Positions 32,178-42,485 are shown, counted from the first letter of the stretch. The stretch: 64,000 nucleotides of DNA from Deltaproteobacteria bacterium (GCA_028817435.1 JAPPPQ010000015.1:89227-153226); one strand, 5' to 3'. Numbers and translations are program-made. The notes: generated by a model from the sequence alone, not told the origin.

Positions 32178-33688
32178 AGTTCCCCGCGCTCGACATCGGC
32201 GCCGTCCTGCCGCTGTTGATCGCCGCCACCGGCGCGCTGGCCGTGCTGGTGGCCGATCTGCTGCTGCGGGCGCACGCGGCGCGGCCCGCGCCCCGCCTGA
32301 CGCCGGAGCTGGCGGGGCGCGGGCTGGCGCTGCTCTCGGCGCTGTTTCTGGCGGCCGCCGCGCTGTTCTCCGCCGCCGCCATGCCCCACGCGGCGCGAAA
32401 CTTCAACGCAGATCACCCGCTGGTGCAGCTCGATGCGCTCTCGGCTTTTTGCATGGCCGTGCTCTCGCTGGCGGCCATTCTCGCCTGCCTGCTCTCGGTG
32501 AACTACCTGCGCACGCTGCGCATTGCCCACGGCGAATACTACGCGCTGCTGCTGGTGGCGGTCGCCGGAATGTTTCTGCTGGTATGCGCCGTGGACATGA
32601 TGGCGATTTTTCTCGGCATCGAAATGCTGAGCATTCCGATCTATGTGCTGGCGGGCTTCGACCGCCGCAAGCTGCGCAGCAACGAATCGGCGCTCAAATA
32701 TTTCATTGTGGGCTCCTTTGCCAGCGCGCTCATGCTCTACGGCATTGCGCTGCTCTACGGCGCCACCGGCGCGACGCAGCTCGACGCCATCCGCGAAGCA
32801 TTCGATGCAGAGAACCCCTTGGCGATGATCGGCGCGGGGTTGGTGGTGGTGGGCTTCACCTTCAAGATCTCCTCGGTGCCCTTTCACCAGTGGACGCCGG
32901 ATGTCTACGAGGGCGCGCCCACCTCGGTTACCGCCTTCATGTCGGTGACGGTGAAGCTCGCGGCATTTGCCGCGCTGTTGCGCGTGCTCGGCGTCGCATT
33001 CGTTGCAGCGGCCGAGCCGTTGCGCGAAATCCTCTGGCTGCTCGCCTTTCTCACCATGGCCGTGGGAAACTTCATGGCGCTGGTGCAGGACAATGTGAAG
33101 CGGCTGCTCGCCTATTCCAGCGTGGCCCACGCGGGTTATCTGCTGATCGGCTTCGCGGCGGCCAGCGCGGATTCCTACGCCGCCGTGCTCTTCTATCTGA
33201 TGGCCTACGCGCCCATGAATCTCGGCGCATTCGGCGTGTTGATGTGCCTGACCCGGCAGGGCCGGGACGCCGACCGCATTGAAGATTTGGCGGGGCTGGC
33301 GCAGCGCAGCCCCGGCTTGGCGGCGGCGCTGACGCTCTTTGCCGTTTCGCTGGCGGGCATGCCGGCCACCGTGGGCTTCCAGGCGAAGTTCCATCTCTTC
33401 GTCGCCGCGGTGCGCGCCGAGCATGTGAGCATTGTCGTGGTGGCGGTGCTGACGAGTCTGGTGTCTTTCTACTACTACCTGCGCCTTGTCGTCTTCATGT
33501 ATATGCGCGAGCCCGGCGAAAACGCGCCGCGCCCCCGGGTGGGAAGCTTCGAGGCGCTCGCCATCGGTTTCTGCGCCGCCGCCGTGGTGATTCTCGGCCT
33601 GCTGCCCAACGGCGATTTCGCCGGCCTGATCGGCTGGCTGCGCACTCTCGACTGGGCCCGCGCCGCCGCCCTGCCCGCGCTGCCCTGA
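32174..33688 (+). CDS. nuoN: NADH-quinone oxidoreductase subunit N
   Basis: Antiporter-like subunit (FKISSVPFHQWTPDVYEGAPT). GTGA overlap with nuoM. Confidence 0.9.
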   Translation: MKFPALDIGAVLPLLIAATGALAVLVADLLLRAHAARPAPRLTPELAGRGLALLSALFLAAAALFSAAAMPHAARNFNADHPLVQLDALSAFCMAVLSLAAILACLLSVNYLRTLRIAHGEYYALLLVAVAGMFLLVCAVDMMAIFLGIEMLSIPIYVLAGFDRRKLRSNESALKYFIVGSFASALMLYGIALLYGATGATQLDAIREAFDAENPLAMIGAGLVVVGFTFKISSVPFHQWTPDVYEGAPTSVTAFMSVTVKLAAFAALLRVLGVAFVAAAEPLREILWLLAFLTMAVGNFMALVQDNVKRLLAYSSVAHAGYLLIGFAAASADSYAAVLFYLMAYAPMNLGAFGVLMCLTRQGRDADRIEDLAGLAQRSPGLAAALTLFAVSLAGMPATVGFQAKFHLFVAAVRAEHVSIVVVAVLTSLVSFYYYLRLVVFMYMREPGENAPRPRVGSFEALAIGFCAAAVVILGLLPNGDFAGLIGWLRTLDWARAAALPALP

Positions 33689-33703
33689 GCCCCGCTGCGG
33701 CCC

Positions 33704-35731
33704 TCAGCGCCTGCGCCGCAAAGTGCGGGTGTCGCCGCGGCGGGTGGTGAGGCCCTCGGCGTCGAAGAGCTCCATGAGCGGGACGGCGTATTTGCGGGAA
33801 GTAGCGATGAGTTCCTTGTAGCGCGGGGTGTCGAGGCGCCCGTGCGCTTCCAGGTGAGCGCGCACGCGCTCGCGCAATTGATCAACGGCGTCGCGATGAA
33901 ACCACAGCGCGCCTGCGCGCAGCAGCAAACCGGCGCGCTCCAGGTGGGCGATGGCGTCGCGCAGCTCTGCATCGTCCGCGCCGAACTGCTGCGCCCAGGC
34001 GCGCGGCGAAGGCGGCGTCAGCCCCGAGGCGGCGGCGCTGTCGCGCACTTTGCGCACCAGCGCCGCCTGCCGCGCATCCATGTGCGGCGCAAAATTTCCC
34101 GCGCGCACCAATCCGCGCGATTTGCTCTGGGAATGGATTTCGCCCCGCGCTTCGAGCTGCGCCAGGGCGAGCTCGGCCGCTCCGCGCTGCGCGCTTTCGG
34201 GCAGGCTGCCGCGCAGCGCGCTGCGCGACATACCGGGGCGCATCGGCTCGCGCGCGTGAAAATTGCGCAGCGCGGCGAGCAGCCGCGCCGAAACGGCGGC
34301 GATGGCCTCCGCGCAAAAGACGCGCGCCTCTCCGCGCGGCCGTGCCGCCGCGCGCGCAATCTGCCCGCGCGCTTCCAGATCGCCGAGTGCGGACTCGAGC
34401 GCGGCGGGTGTTGCGCCGGTTTCGCGGCGCAGCGCGGCCAGCGCGGCTCCGGCGAAGCCGCGGCGCGCAATGCGCAGACGCAACCCCTCGCGCAGATCGC
34501 CTGCGGCCAGCGCGCGCAGCTCGCGGACCAGCGCCGGATCGCTGCGCCGCCGCCTCGGCGGCGCGGCATCCAGCACGCGCCCGCCGCCCAAAGTCGCGCT
34601 CCCCGCCAGACGCGCAAAGCCGCGCAGCACAAAGCCATCCCCCGGAAGCAGCGGCGCAGCGCCATCGTCGAGATGAATGCGCGCCAGCAACGCGCCACCG
34701 CCGGTTGCGCCGCCCGCCCCTCCACCAATCGCGCCGTTTGTGCCGCCCACAGCGAGCGCACTGCCGGCTGCGCCACGCGTGCCACCGCCCGCATCCGCTG
34801 CGGGCGGCGGGCCGATGGGGGCGACGCGGGCGCGGCGGCGCGCGCTGCCTGCCAGCAACTCCACGGCGCGCGCGCCGCGGCCGCGGGGTGCTGCGCCGGG
34901 CAGCCAGGCGATCTCCGCATCGAAGCACTGCGTCGGCGTCAACGCGCCGGGTGCAGCGAGCAGCATGCCGCGCCGCAGATCGGCGCTGGCGACGCCCTGC
35001 AGATTTGCGGCGCAGCGATTGCCGGGCGCAATGCGCTGCACCGCTTCGCCGAAGCACTGCAGTCCGCGCAGCCGCGCGGAAGCAGAGCCGGGGTGAATCT
35101 CCACCGAGTCGCCGCAGGCCAGCGCGCCGCCGCGCAATGTGCCCGTCACCACCGCGCCGAAGCCGCGCCGCTCGAAGACGCGGTCAATCCACAGCCGGGC
35201 GGGGCCGCTGCGCTGCGCCCGCGCTTCGGCGCGCCGGGCGGTTTTGTCGAGTGCGCGGCGCAGCGCGGGCAATCCCGCGCCGCTCTGCGCGGATACGCAG
35301 ACGATCTCTGCATCGGCCAGCGCGCTCTCCGCCAGCTGCGCGCGGGTTTCCGCCAGCGCCAGTTCCGCCACCCCGGGATCGGCGGCGTCCATTTTGGTGA
35401 GCGCCACCACGGCGTCCCGCAATCCCAGCAGAGTGCAGATGTCGAGGTGCTCTCGAGTCTGCGGCATCACGCCCTCATCGGCGGCCACCGCCAGCAGCAG
35501 CAGATCAAAACCGCCCGCACCGGCCACCATGGTGCGCACCAGCGCCTCGTGCCCGGGCACATCCACCACGCCGAGCCGCCGCCCCGAGGGCAGATTGAGG
35601 GGTGCGAAGCCCAGCTCGATGGTAATGCCGCGCGCCTTTTCCTCGGGCAGGCGGTCGGTGTCGCAGCCGGTGAGCGCGCGCACCAGCGCGGTTTTGCCGT
35701 GGTCAATGTGTCCAGCGGTGCCGAGAATCAA
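33704..35731 (-). CDS. selB: selenocysteine-specific translation elongation factor
   Basis: [18 protein letters not shown] and TKMD G-motifs. C-terminal winged-helix repeats ([21 protein letters not shown]). The TTG start (35731-35729) overlaps the serS stop (TTGA) and gives MILGTAGH, as in known SelB N-termini. Confidence 0.85.
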   Translation of the reverse strand: MILGTAGHIDHGKTALVRALTGCDTDRLPEEKARGITIELGFAPLNLPSGRRLGVVDVPGHEALVRTMVAGAGGFDLLLLAVAADEGVMPQTREHLDICTLLGLRDAVVALTKMDAADPGVAELALAETRAQLAESALADAEIVCVSAQSGAGLPALRRALDKTARRAEARAQRSGPARLWIDRVFERRGFGAVVTGTLRGGALACGDSVEIHPGSASARLRGLQCFGEAVQRIAPGNRCAANLQGVASADLRRGMLLAAPGALTPTQCFDAEIAWLPGAAPRGRGARAVELLAGSARRRARVAPIGPPPAADAGGGTRGAAGSALAVGGTNGAIGGGAGGATGGGALLARIHLDDGAAPLLPGDGFVLRGFARLAGSATLGGGRVLDAAPPRRRRSDPALVRELRALAAGDLREGLRLRIARRGFAGAALAALRRETGATPAALESALGDLEARGQIARAAARPRGEARVFCAEAIAAVSARLLAALRNFHAREPMRPGMSRSALRGSLPESAQRGAAELALAQLEARGEIHSQSKSRGLVRAGNFAPHMDARQAALVRKVRDSAAASGLTPPSPRAWAQQFGADDAELRDAIAHLERAGLLLRAGALWFHRDAVDQLRERVRAHLEAHGRLDTPRYKELIATSRKYAVPLMELFDAEGLTTRRGDTRTLRRRR

Positions 35732-37005
35732 CGCGGGCCAATTTTCGAGAGCCCGGTGAAGGGCCGGAGCGCTTCGGGAATGCGCACGCCGCCATCGGCG
35801 CACTGGTGAATCTCGAGCAGCGCCAGAATGGCGCGGGCGTTGGAGATGGCGGTGCCGTTCAGCATATGCACCGGCTCGTTGCGCTTGCCGTCCTTGCGCC
35901 GGAAGCGGCAGCGCAGCCTGCGCGCCTGATAGTCGGTGCAATTGGAGGCGCTGGAAATCTCGCCCCACGAGCCGCCCGCGCCGCGCCCCGGCATCCATGC
36001 CTCAATATCGAATTTGCGGTAGGCCGGCGCGCCCAAATCGCCGGCTGCAATGTCCACCACGCGGTAGGGCAGCTCGAGTCCCTGAAAGATCCGCTCTTCA
36101 ATGGCGAGAATGCGCTGGTGCATGGCCTCCGAATCCTCGGGCCTGGTCACGGCGAACATCTCCGTCTTGGTGAACTGGTGCACGCGGTAGAGGCCCTTGC
36201 TTTCGCGCCCGGCTGCGCCGGCCTCGGTGCGGAAGCAGTGCGAAATGCCGGCGGCCCGAATCGGCAAATCAGCTTCTGCCAGCAGCGAATCCGCATAGAG
36301 CCCGCCCAGTGTGATTTCTGCGCTGCCCACCAGGCAGAGATCTGCATCCGCCAGCGAGTAAATCTGCGTCTCTGCGCCGCGCGGATTGAAGCCAATGCCG
36401 GCCACAATCTCCGGCCGCGCCAGATCCGGCGTCACATAGGGCGTGAAGCCCTCCTGCAACAGCACCTCCAGGGCGTAGCGCTGCAGCGCGAGCTCGAGCA
36501 GCACCGCCTCGTTCTTCAGGTAATACCACTTCTGCCCCGTCACCTTGGCGCCGGCCTCAAAGTCCAGAAGCTCGAGGCGCGCGCCGATCTGCAGGTGATC
36601 CTGCGGCTCGAAGTCAAAGCGCGGCGGCTCGCCCCAGCGCGAAAGCTCGCGGGCGTCGTCTTCGCCGCCATCCGGCACATCCGGGTGCACAAAGTTCGGC
36701 AGCCGCGCCAGCTCTGCCTCAAAGCGCGCCCGCGCCGCAGCCAAATCGGTCTCGACCCGCGCCACGGCCTCCTTGAGCGCGCGCCCCTCCGCCGCGTGGG
36801 CCTGCCGCTCCTCTGGCGAAAGCGCGCGCTTGCCCGCCTGCTGGTGCTCGTTGCGGCGGCGGTTCGCCTCGTTGAGCTCGGTCTGGCGGGCCGTCACCTC
36901 GGCGTGCAGGCGCACCGCCGCTTCCACATCCGCCTGCGACCTGCGCCGCCTGCAGCTCTCGGCGATTTCGCCGCTGCGCTCCGCCAAGCTGCGGGGATCG
37001 AGCAT
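35728..37005 (-). CDS. serS: seryl-tRNA synthetase
   Basis: N-terminal coiled coil and class II motifs ([43 protein letters not shown]). Confidence 0.95.
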   Translation of the reverse strand: MLDPRSLAERSGEIAESCRRRRSQADVEAAVRLHAEVTARQTELNEANRRRNEHQQAGKRALSPEERQAHAAEGRALKEAVARVETDLAAARARFEAELARLPNFVHPDVPDGGEDDARELSRWGEPPRFDFEPQDHLQIGARLELLDFEAGAKVTGQKWYYLKNEAVLLELALQRYALEVLLQEGFTPYVTPDLARPEIVAGIGFNPRGAETQIYSLADADLCLVGSAEITLGGLYADSLLAEADLPIRAAGISHCFRTEAGAAGRESKGLYRVHQFTKTEMFAVTRPEDSEAMHQRILAIEERIFQGLELPYRVVDIAAGDLGAPAYRKFDIEAWMPGRGAGGSWGEISSASNCTDYQARRLRCRFRRKDGKRNEPVHMLNGTAISNARAILALLEIHQCADGGVRIPEALRPFTGLSKIGPR

Positions 37006-37038
37006 TGTGCCTCCCGGGAGTTTGCGATTCTTGCGAAG

Positions 37039-40020
37039 CTACTTCGCGTGCTTCGGCAGCAGCTTCTTCACCAGCGCATCGAGTTTGCCGAGCAGCCCTT
37101 TGCGATTCAACTCTTCGAGGATAGCCTTGGTGTCGTTGCGGTTGCCCGCCAAGTCGAGTGCAGCGGCGGCCTCTTCGCAGGCTTTGGCGGCCTTGGCGAT
37201 TTTCCGGTGCAGAGCGGTTTTCGCATTGTATTGCGGAATGGGAATGCTTTTGAGCGGATTCAGATCGAAATGCCGCAAAGAGGTCTTGCTGGATACAAAA
37301 GCCGTTTGCAAAGCTGGGCAGTTGAGGATCCCCATGAGATAAAGAGCCTCGTCCTCCGAGTCTGCCCTGTGGTAGTAGGCGGATTCGGTTATGATGGACT
37401 TCTCGAATGGGGTGCCGATTGTGCGCGCGGCGCGGAGGAGATCCGCTCCGGATTTGTTGTAGAGGACTCGCCATGGACCTCCGACTTCCGATATCGGAAG
37501 TTGCTTTTTGAGTTTGTTCAAGTAATCAATCCGGCTCAAAAGTGTGGAAAATTCCTGATCCTTGTTGTGTATCTTCCAGAGCCGATCTGCCTTGCGCCAG
37601 AAATCTTGGAATTGGGATTTCATGGATTCCGGCTTCAAGCGGTTCCTGTAAATCGGCAGGATGGCGTGTTGGCAACTGTGGATGCGAAAAGGCGCGATGT
37701 GCTTTCCGCCGACGATGGGATGAATTCCCGTCATTCCTTGGGGAATTGTCAAGGGCTGAACCTCTTTCCAGACGCCCTTTGTGCTTCGCTTGCAAGAACC
37801 GTGGTGGTTTCGCCCGGGCTTTTGGCCCACGACGCACAAGCAGTATGGCAAAATGGTCGCGCCTTGGCGGAATTCCGAGCGATAGTGGCTGGGCTCGGCG
37901 CTTGCGCCGAATGCCTCGTAAGGGATCTGTTCGATGTGATCCAAGTATTCTGTCAACGGAAGGAAATTCAACAGATTGCGTTGGTCCTTCGGTATGTCCG
38001 GCTTGGTCTTCCAGATGGTTCGGTTTTCGAAGCTGTTGGAAGTGCGTCGCGGCGAGGGTTGCTTCCCGTTCAGGTGCGATATCAATGCACAGCAAGGCAG
38101 GCCCGAGAAGGGCGGCGGATTCAGGCTCGACATATCCCAGACATACTTCCAGTGCGGGTGCTTCTTCCGAAAGCCTTGCCAGGGCTGTGCCGTAATGGCG
38201 GACGAGGGCAACACCCAACCAGCCCGGCCCTCCTTGGGATGCAGGAAGTGCTGAAAAGCTTCGCAGACAAAGGGGATGGCGAGCTGCGCGTGCGTGGTGT
38301 TCTTGCCTCCGATGTGGACATCGTATTCCTCGAGCCGCGCGAGGAGGTCTTCCTTTCGGTCCTGCGTCATCGCGTTGAGTTCCACCCAGGGAGGATTGCT
38401 CACAATGCGGCTGGGCTTCAATTGAGTGAGCCGGTTCGGTGCGGCGCAGTTGAGGATATACCACTCCCACACATGGTTGCCCTGCTCTTCGGAGAGCTCG
38501 CAGACCTGCCCCATGAGCGTTTGCAGATCCTGCCGGAAGTCATCCCTGCAGCGCGCCGGGATTTCCCGGTCCCAGTCCTCGTTTGCGAGAGCCGCTTGCA
38601 GTTCTTCCGGAGTCCGCTTCTCCGCCTCCGGGTCGGCGAAATCCTTGGCAATGTCGGTGATCTTTTTGATGATCTGCAGAAATTTGGAGTGTTCGAGAAT
38701 TCTCGGAGTGAGATTCAGGTGCTTGCCCGTTGTAATGTCTCGGGGAATGGCGGCGAAATGGCTCTGGAGAGAAATCCGGTGTCCGAAAACATCTCCCTGC
38801 GAAATGTGAAGAGCTTCCTCTCCAGATGCGGGCGGCGCGGGCAGCGCCATCATAAGGGTGGCCTTGGCCATCTCAACGGCGACGGGGTGAATATCCATTC
38901 CGTGAATGATCTTGCAGATCAGGTTTGCCTTCTCCTTTTGAGTGAGGCCGGCGGCGGCAGCGTGATTCATGATTCGCAGGGCAGCCTGGAAGAGGAAGGT
39001 TCCGGAGCCGCACGATGGATCGAGGACGATGTGCTTGCCGGGCTCCCGGATGGCCTTCTTGATCCATGCAGTATCCAGCACTTCCCTGCAGATGGCTTCG
39101 GCGAGCCAATCGGGGGTGTAGGCTTCGCCGAAGTCGTGCCGAATGTTCTTGGCAATCAACCGTTCGTAGAGATCCTTGAAGACATCCCGGGCGGTGAGCC
39201 GGAAGCTCCACTGGGCGAAGCGGTTTTTCAGTTCGCCGAGAATGGCCCGGCCTTCGCTGTTCCCTTCCATTTGCAGCCAGGCGGCGAAGTGGCTGGGAAG
39301 AATGGGGGCTTCCGAGTTGCCGGGGCTCAGCATATGCTGCACAGCGGTGCGGGCGGCGGCGACGAGGAAGGAGTGCCGGGAGAAAATTTCGTGGAGTTGG
39401 GGTGCGCTGAGGCCCTTGGCGAGGCCGCTGGCGACGGCCATATCCTTCCAGAGCTTGAATTTGAGGTCGCAGTCCGGAATGCCGGAAGACTTTCTCCACA
39501 GAACATCGCTTCGATCATAAAGATCGGCGATGGCGTTGTAGAGGTTGTCCGGCACGGTGATGAGCCCGGGCTTTGCGGGCCTCAGGCCGTATTGCTCAAT
39601 GGCCTCCCGGATCAACTGGGGGCTGTGAAATGGCAGGGGCCGTCCGTTGTTGAGAGGCTTGGCGACGCCGTGCCCCCGGGCGTAGAGGTAGGCGTTCCGG
39701 CCATCGGCGATGAAGCCCATCCACTGGCCATCCCACCCGCCCATGTTTTCCATGGCGCGGAGATACCGGCCGAGCTGGTCCCGCTGCGTCTCGCCCTTCT
39801 TGCGGCCGGACGCGTTGGGGTCGGCGCCGGACTTCTTGGTTTCGCCAATCAGAAACCAGGACTCGGAAATCAGGTCGCAGGGGCCGTCGCCCGTGCTGTA
39901 TCCCAGCCGCACATCCCGGCAGCCGCAGGCCTCCAGCGCCCTGGTGATTTCGGATTTGACATCCTCTTCGCTGCGCGGCTGCGCGGGGATTCCGGCCATT
40001 TCTGTCTGTCGAGCAGTCAT
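37039..40020 (-). CDS. single-chain Type IIG/IIL restriction-modification enzyme (MmeI-like: N-terminal PD-ExK nuclease, gamma N6-adenine methyltransferase, C-terminal specificity domain)
   Basis: Nuclease-like GPCDLISESWFLIGETKK (D-x10-E-x-K). Motif I VLDPSCGSGTFLF. Motif IV IVSNPPW. C-terminus ...SEDEALYLMGILNCPALQTAF is TaqI-C-like. Visibly lower GC than its flanks. Confidence 0.8.
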   Translation of the reverse strand: MTARQTEMAGIPAQPRSEEDVKSEITRALEACGCRDVRLGYSTGDGPCDLISESWFLIGETKKSGADPNASGRKKGETQRDQLGRYLRAMENMGGWDGQWMGFIADGRNAYLYARGHGVAKPLNNGRPLPFHSPQLIREAIEQYGLRPAKPGLITVPDNLYNAIADLYDRSDVLWRKSSGIPDCDLKFKLWKDMAVASGLAKGLSAPQLHEIFSRHSFLVAAARTAVQHMLSPGNSEAPILPSHFAAWLQMEGNSEGRAILGELKNRFAQWSFRLTARDVFKDLYERLIAKNIRHDFGEAYTPDWLAEAICREVLDTAWIKKAIREPGKHIVLDPSCGSGTFLFQAALRIMNHAAAAGLTQKEKANLICKIIHGMDIHPVAVEMAKATLMMALPAPPASGEEALHISQGDVFGHRISLQSHFAAIPRDITTGKHLNLTPRILEHSKFLQIIKKITDIAKDFADPEAEKRTPEELQAALANEDWDREIPARCRDDFRQDLQTLMGQVCELSEEQGNHVWEWYILNCAAPNRLTQLKPSRIVSNPPWVELNAMTQDRKEDLLARLEEYDVHIGGKNTTHAQLAIPFVCEAFQHFLHPKEGRAGWVLPSSAITAQPWQGFRKKHPHWKYVWDMSSLNPPPFSGLPCCALISHLNGKQPSPRRTSNSFENRTIWKTKPDIPKDQRNLLNFLPLTEYLDHIEQIPYEAFGASAEPSHYRSEFRQGATILPYCLCVVGQKPGRNHHGSCKRSTKGVWKEVQPLTIPQGMTGIHPIVGGKHIAPFRIHSCQHAILPIYRNRLKPESMKSQFQDFWRKADRLWKIHNKDQEFSTLLSRIDYLNKLKKQLPISEVGGPWRVLYNKSGADLLRAARTIGTPFEKSIITESAYYHRADSEDEALYLMGILNCPALQTAFVSSKTSLRHFDLNPLKSIPIPQYNAKTALHRKIAKAAKACEEAAAALDLAGNRNDTKAILEELNRKGLLGKLDALVKKLLPKHAK

Positions 40021-40751
40021 CCCAACTCTGCGGCGAAGAGCGCTTTCACCTTTTGCCAGGCGTCCTGCGCGGCGGCGGGGTTGTAGCTGGCGCGCTGATC
40101 GCAGAAGAAGCCGTGATCGGCGTCGTCATAAACGGCCACTTCGTGGCGCGCGCTCACTTCGGCCAGCGCGGCGCGAACGGCGCTCACCTGGTCGGCGGGA
40201 ATCATCGAGTCCTGCCCGCCGAAGAGGCAGAGAATGCGGCCCGCAATCTTCCCGCTGCGTCCAACGGTGGAGTCTTTGCCGCCCGGTCCCTGGGGCGCGG
40301 CAACGCCCCCGCCGTAAAAGCTCGCGGTGGCGGCCACATCGGTTTCGCAGGCGGTGAGATAGGCCATGTGCCCGCCGATGCAAAACCCCATGGCGCCCAC
40401 CTTGTGCGCCACGCCCGGCTGCCCGCGCAAAAAGGCCAGGGCCGCGCGGGCGTCGGCGATCATTTCGCCGGCGTCCAGAGCGCCGAGCCCCTCCATGCCC
40501 TTCGCCATGCCGGCATCGTCGTAGCCCAGCTCAATGCCGGGCAGCGTCCGGTGGAAGAAGTCCGGGGCCAGCGCCGCGTAGCCTTCGCGGGCCACGCGCT
40601 CTGTCACATCGCGGATATGCGCGTTCACGCCGAAGATCTCCATCCACACCAGCACGCCGGGGCGCGTCCCGGCCTCCGCCGGCTGCGCCAGATACCCGCC
40701 CATGACGCCGCCATTCACCGCAATCTCGACGCGCTCGCTTCGAATCTCCAT
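40017..40751 (-). CDS. dienelactone hydrolase family protein
   Basis: GFCIGGHMAY nucleophile-elbow-like motif, DHGF at the C-terminus. GGAGGAGGAG then ATG 40751. The stop overlaps the RM gene ATG (ATGA). Confidence 0.85.
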   Translation of the reverse strand: MEIRSERVEIAVNGGVMGGYLAQPAEAGTRPGVLVWMEIFGVNAHIRDVTERVAREGYAALAPDFFHRTLPGIELGYDDAGMAKGMEGLGALDAGEMIADARAALAFLRGQPGVAHKVGAMGFCIGGHMAYLTACETDVAATASFYGGGVAAPQGPGGKDSTVGRSGKIAGRILCLFGGQDSMIPADQVSAVRAALAEVSARHEVAVYDDADHGFFCDQRASYNPAAAQDAWQKVKALFAAELG

Positions 40752-40841
40752 TTGCTCCTCCTCCCGCCCAGCGCCCAAGGCGGGCGGTGCCGGGAATCAT
40801 AGCGCGGGGGGCGCGGCAGGGGCGGGGCTACACTGGCGGGC

Positions 40842-40928
40842 GGAGAGGTGGCCGAGCGGTCGAAGGCGGCGGTCTTGAAAACCGCAGAGCGCGCGAGCGC
40901 TCCGGGGGTTCGAATCCCCCCCTCTCCG
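40842..40928 (+). tRNA. tRNA-Ser (anticodon UGA)
   Basis: Hand-folded cloverleaf: acceptor GGAGAGG/CCTCTCC, anticodon loop CTTGAAA, long variable arm, T-arm GGGGG-TTCGAAT-CCCCC. CCA is not encoded. Confidence 0.9.
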
Positions 40929-40979
40929 CCGGGCCCGCGCTGGGCTATGTTCCCCGCTGGCCGCGCCGGAAATCCGGTG

Positions 40980-41069
40980 GGAGAGGTGGCCGAGTGGCTG
41001 AAGGCACAGGTTTGCTAAACCTGCATAGGGGCAACCCTATCGAGGGTTCGAATCCCTCCCTCTCCGCCA
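40980..41069 (+). tRNA. tRNA-Ser (anticodon GCU)
   Basis: Same acceptor stem, anticodon loop TTGCTAA, long variable arm, CCA encoded. Confidence 0.9.
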
Positions 41070-41099
41070 GTCCGGCTCCGGCAAGTCGTGCGCGCATTT

Positions 41100-41189
<90 letters not shown>

Positions 41190-41218
41190 CCGCGCCAATG
41201 CGCTAGCCTTCCGCGCAC

Positions 41219-41295
41219 GCGCCCGTAGCTCAGTTGGATAGAGCGCCAGGTTGCGGACCTGGAGGTCGCACGTTCGAGTCGTGCCGGGCGCGCCA
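41219..41295 (+). tRNA. tRNA-Arg (anticodon GCG)
   Basis: Acceptor GCGCCCG/CGGGCGC, D-arm GCTC-AGTTGGATA-GAGC, anticodon stem CCAGG/CCTGG with loop TTGCGGA, T-arm GCACG-TTCGAGT-CGTGC, CCA encoded. Confidence 0.85.
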
Positions 41296-41323
41296 CGCGG
41301 CCCCCGCAATCCAGAGCGCGGGC

Positions 41324-42448
41324 TCAGTGGGTGCGCGCGGCGGCGTAATCGGCGGCGGCGAGCAGGGCGCGGCGGGCGGGGCCATCGGGGAAGGGGGCGA
41401 TGGCGGCGGCGGCGCGCGCCACATGCTCCTGGGCGCGGCGGTCGGTATCCAGCGCGCCCCGGTGGCGCTGCACCAGCTCGAGCACCGGGGCGATTTCGGA
41501 TTCTTCCAGCACGGCGCTGCGCTCCGCGGCCGCGCCCGAAGGCTCCGCGCCGGTTGACGCATCGCCCAGCTGCGCGGCGCGGCGGGCGGCGGTTTTGAGC
41601 AGCGCGGCGACGGCGTCGCGTTCGGCGGCGCTGCAACGCTTGAGCGTGAGAATGAGCGGGAGCGTCACCTTGCCCTCGCGCAGATCGGCGTGGGGGGGCT
41701 TGCCCAGCGCTTGCGCATCTGCGCCGTAATCGAGGGCGTCGTCGCGCAGCTGAAAGGCGAGGCCGAACTCGCGCCCGAACTCGGCCACGCGGCGGCGTTC
41801 GGCGCGGGTCACGCCGCCCAAAATTGCGCCGGCCTCGGCGGCGGCGGCGGTGAGCGAGGCGCTCTTGCGCTCAATCACCGCGTGATAATGCGCTTCGCTC
41901 ACGCCGGGCTCGAAGCTCTTTTCGAGCTGCAGCAATTCGCCTTCGGCCATGCGCGCAATGGTGTCGGCGAAAATCCACAGCACATCGGGGTCGCCGTCCT
42001 CCACCACCATGGCCGAGGCCCGGGCGTAGAAAAAATCGCCCACCAGCACGGCGCGGCGGTTGCCCCAAATGGCCCGGGCCGCCGCGCGGCCGCGCCGGGT
42101 GTCGGAGAGGTCCACCACATCGTCGTGCAGCAGCGTGGCGGTGTGCAGCAGCTCCACGGCGGCGGCAATCTGCACCCGGCGCGGGCCGGCGTAGCCGCAG
42201 AGTTCGGCGGCCAGCATGAGCAGCGCCGGGCGCAGGCGCTTGCCCCCGGCTTCCAGCACATGCTCGCCAATGTGGCGCAGCACGCCGAGGCTCTCGCTGC
42301 CGAGCCCCGCGCCGCGCGCCGCGCCGAGCTGTTCGCGCATGGTGGATTCGACCTGCGCCAGGCTGGGGCCGATGCGCCGCAATGCCTCGGCCAGCGCCTG
42401 CGGCATGGCCTCTGCGCCTGCGTGCGCGCTGCCTGCGCTCCCGGACAT
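41324..42448 (-). CDS. polyprenyl diphosphate synthase (trans-IPPS family)
   Basis: First and second Asp-rich motifs LLHDDVVD and FQLRDDALD. Start ATG 42448; the track TTG is at 42463. Confidence 0.85.
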   Translation of the reverse strand: MSGSAGSAHAGAEAMPQALAEALRRIGPSLAQVESTMREQLGAARGAGLGSESLGVLRHIGEHVLEAGGKRLRPALLMLAAELCGYAGPRRVQIAAAVELLHTATLLHDDVVDLSDTRRGRAAARAIWGNRRAVLVGDFFYARASAMVVEDGDPDVLWIFADTIARMAEGELLQLEKSFEPGVSEAHYHAVIERKSASLTAAAAEAGAILGGVTRAERRRVAEFGREFGLAFQLRDDALDYGADAQALGKPPHADLREGKVTLPLILTLKRCSAAERDAVAALLKTAARRAAQLGDASTGAEPSGAAAERSAVLEESEIAPVLELVQRHRGALDTDRRAQEHVARAAAAIAPFPDGPARRALLAAADYAAARTH

Positions 42449-42485
42449 TTCCGAACCTGCCAACCCGCCGGCCGCCGCAGTCCGC

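Noticed and set aside
35806-40086. 1426-aa plus-strand ORF
   Set aside because: Antisense to serS and the Type IIG RM gene, both motif-supported. No recognisable domain.
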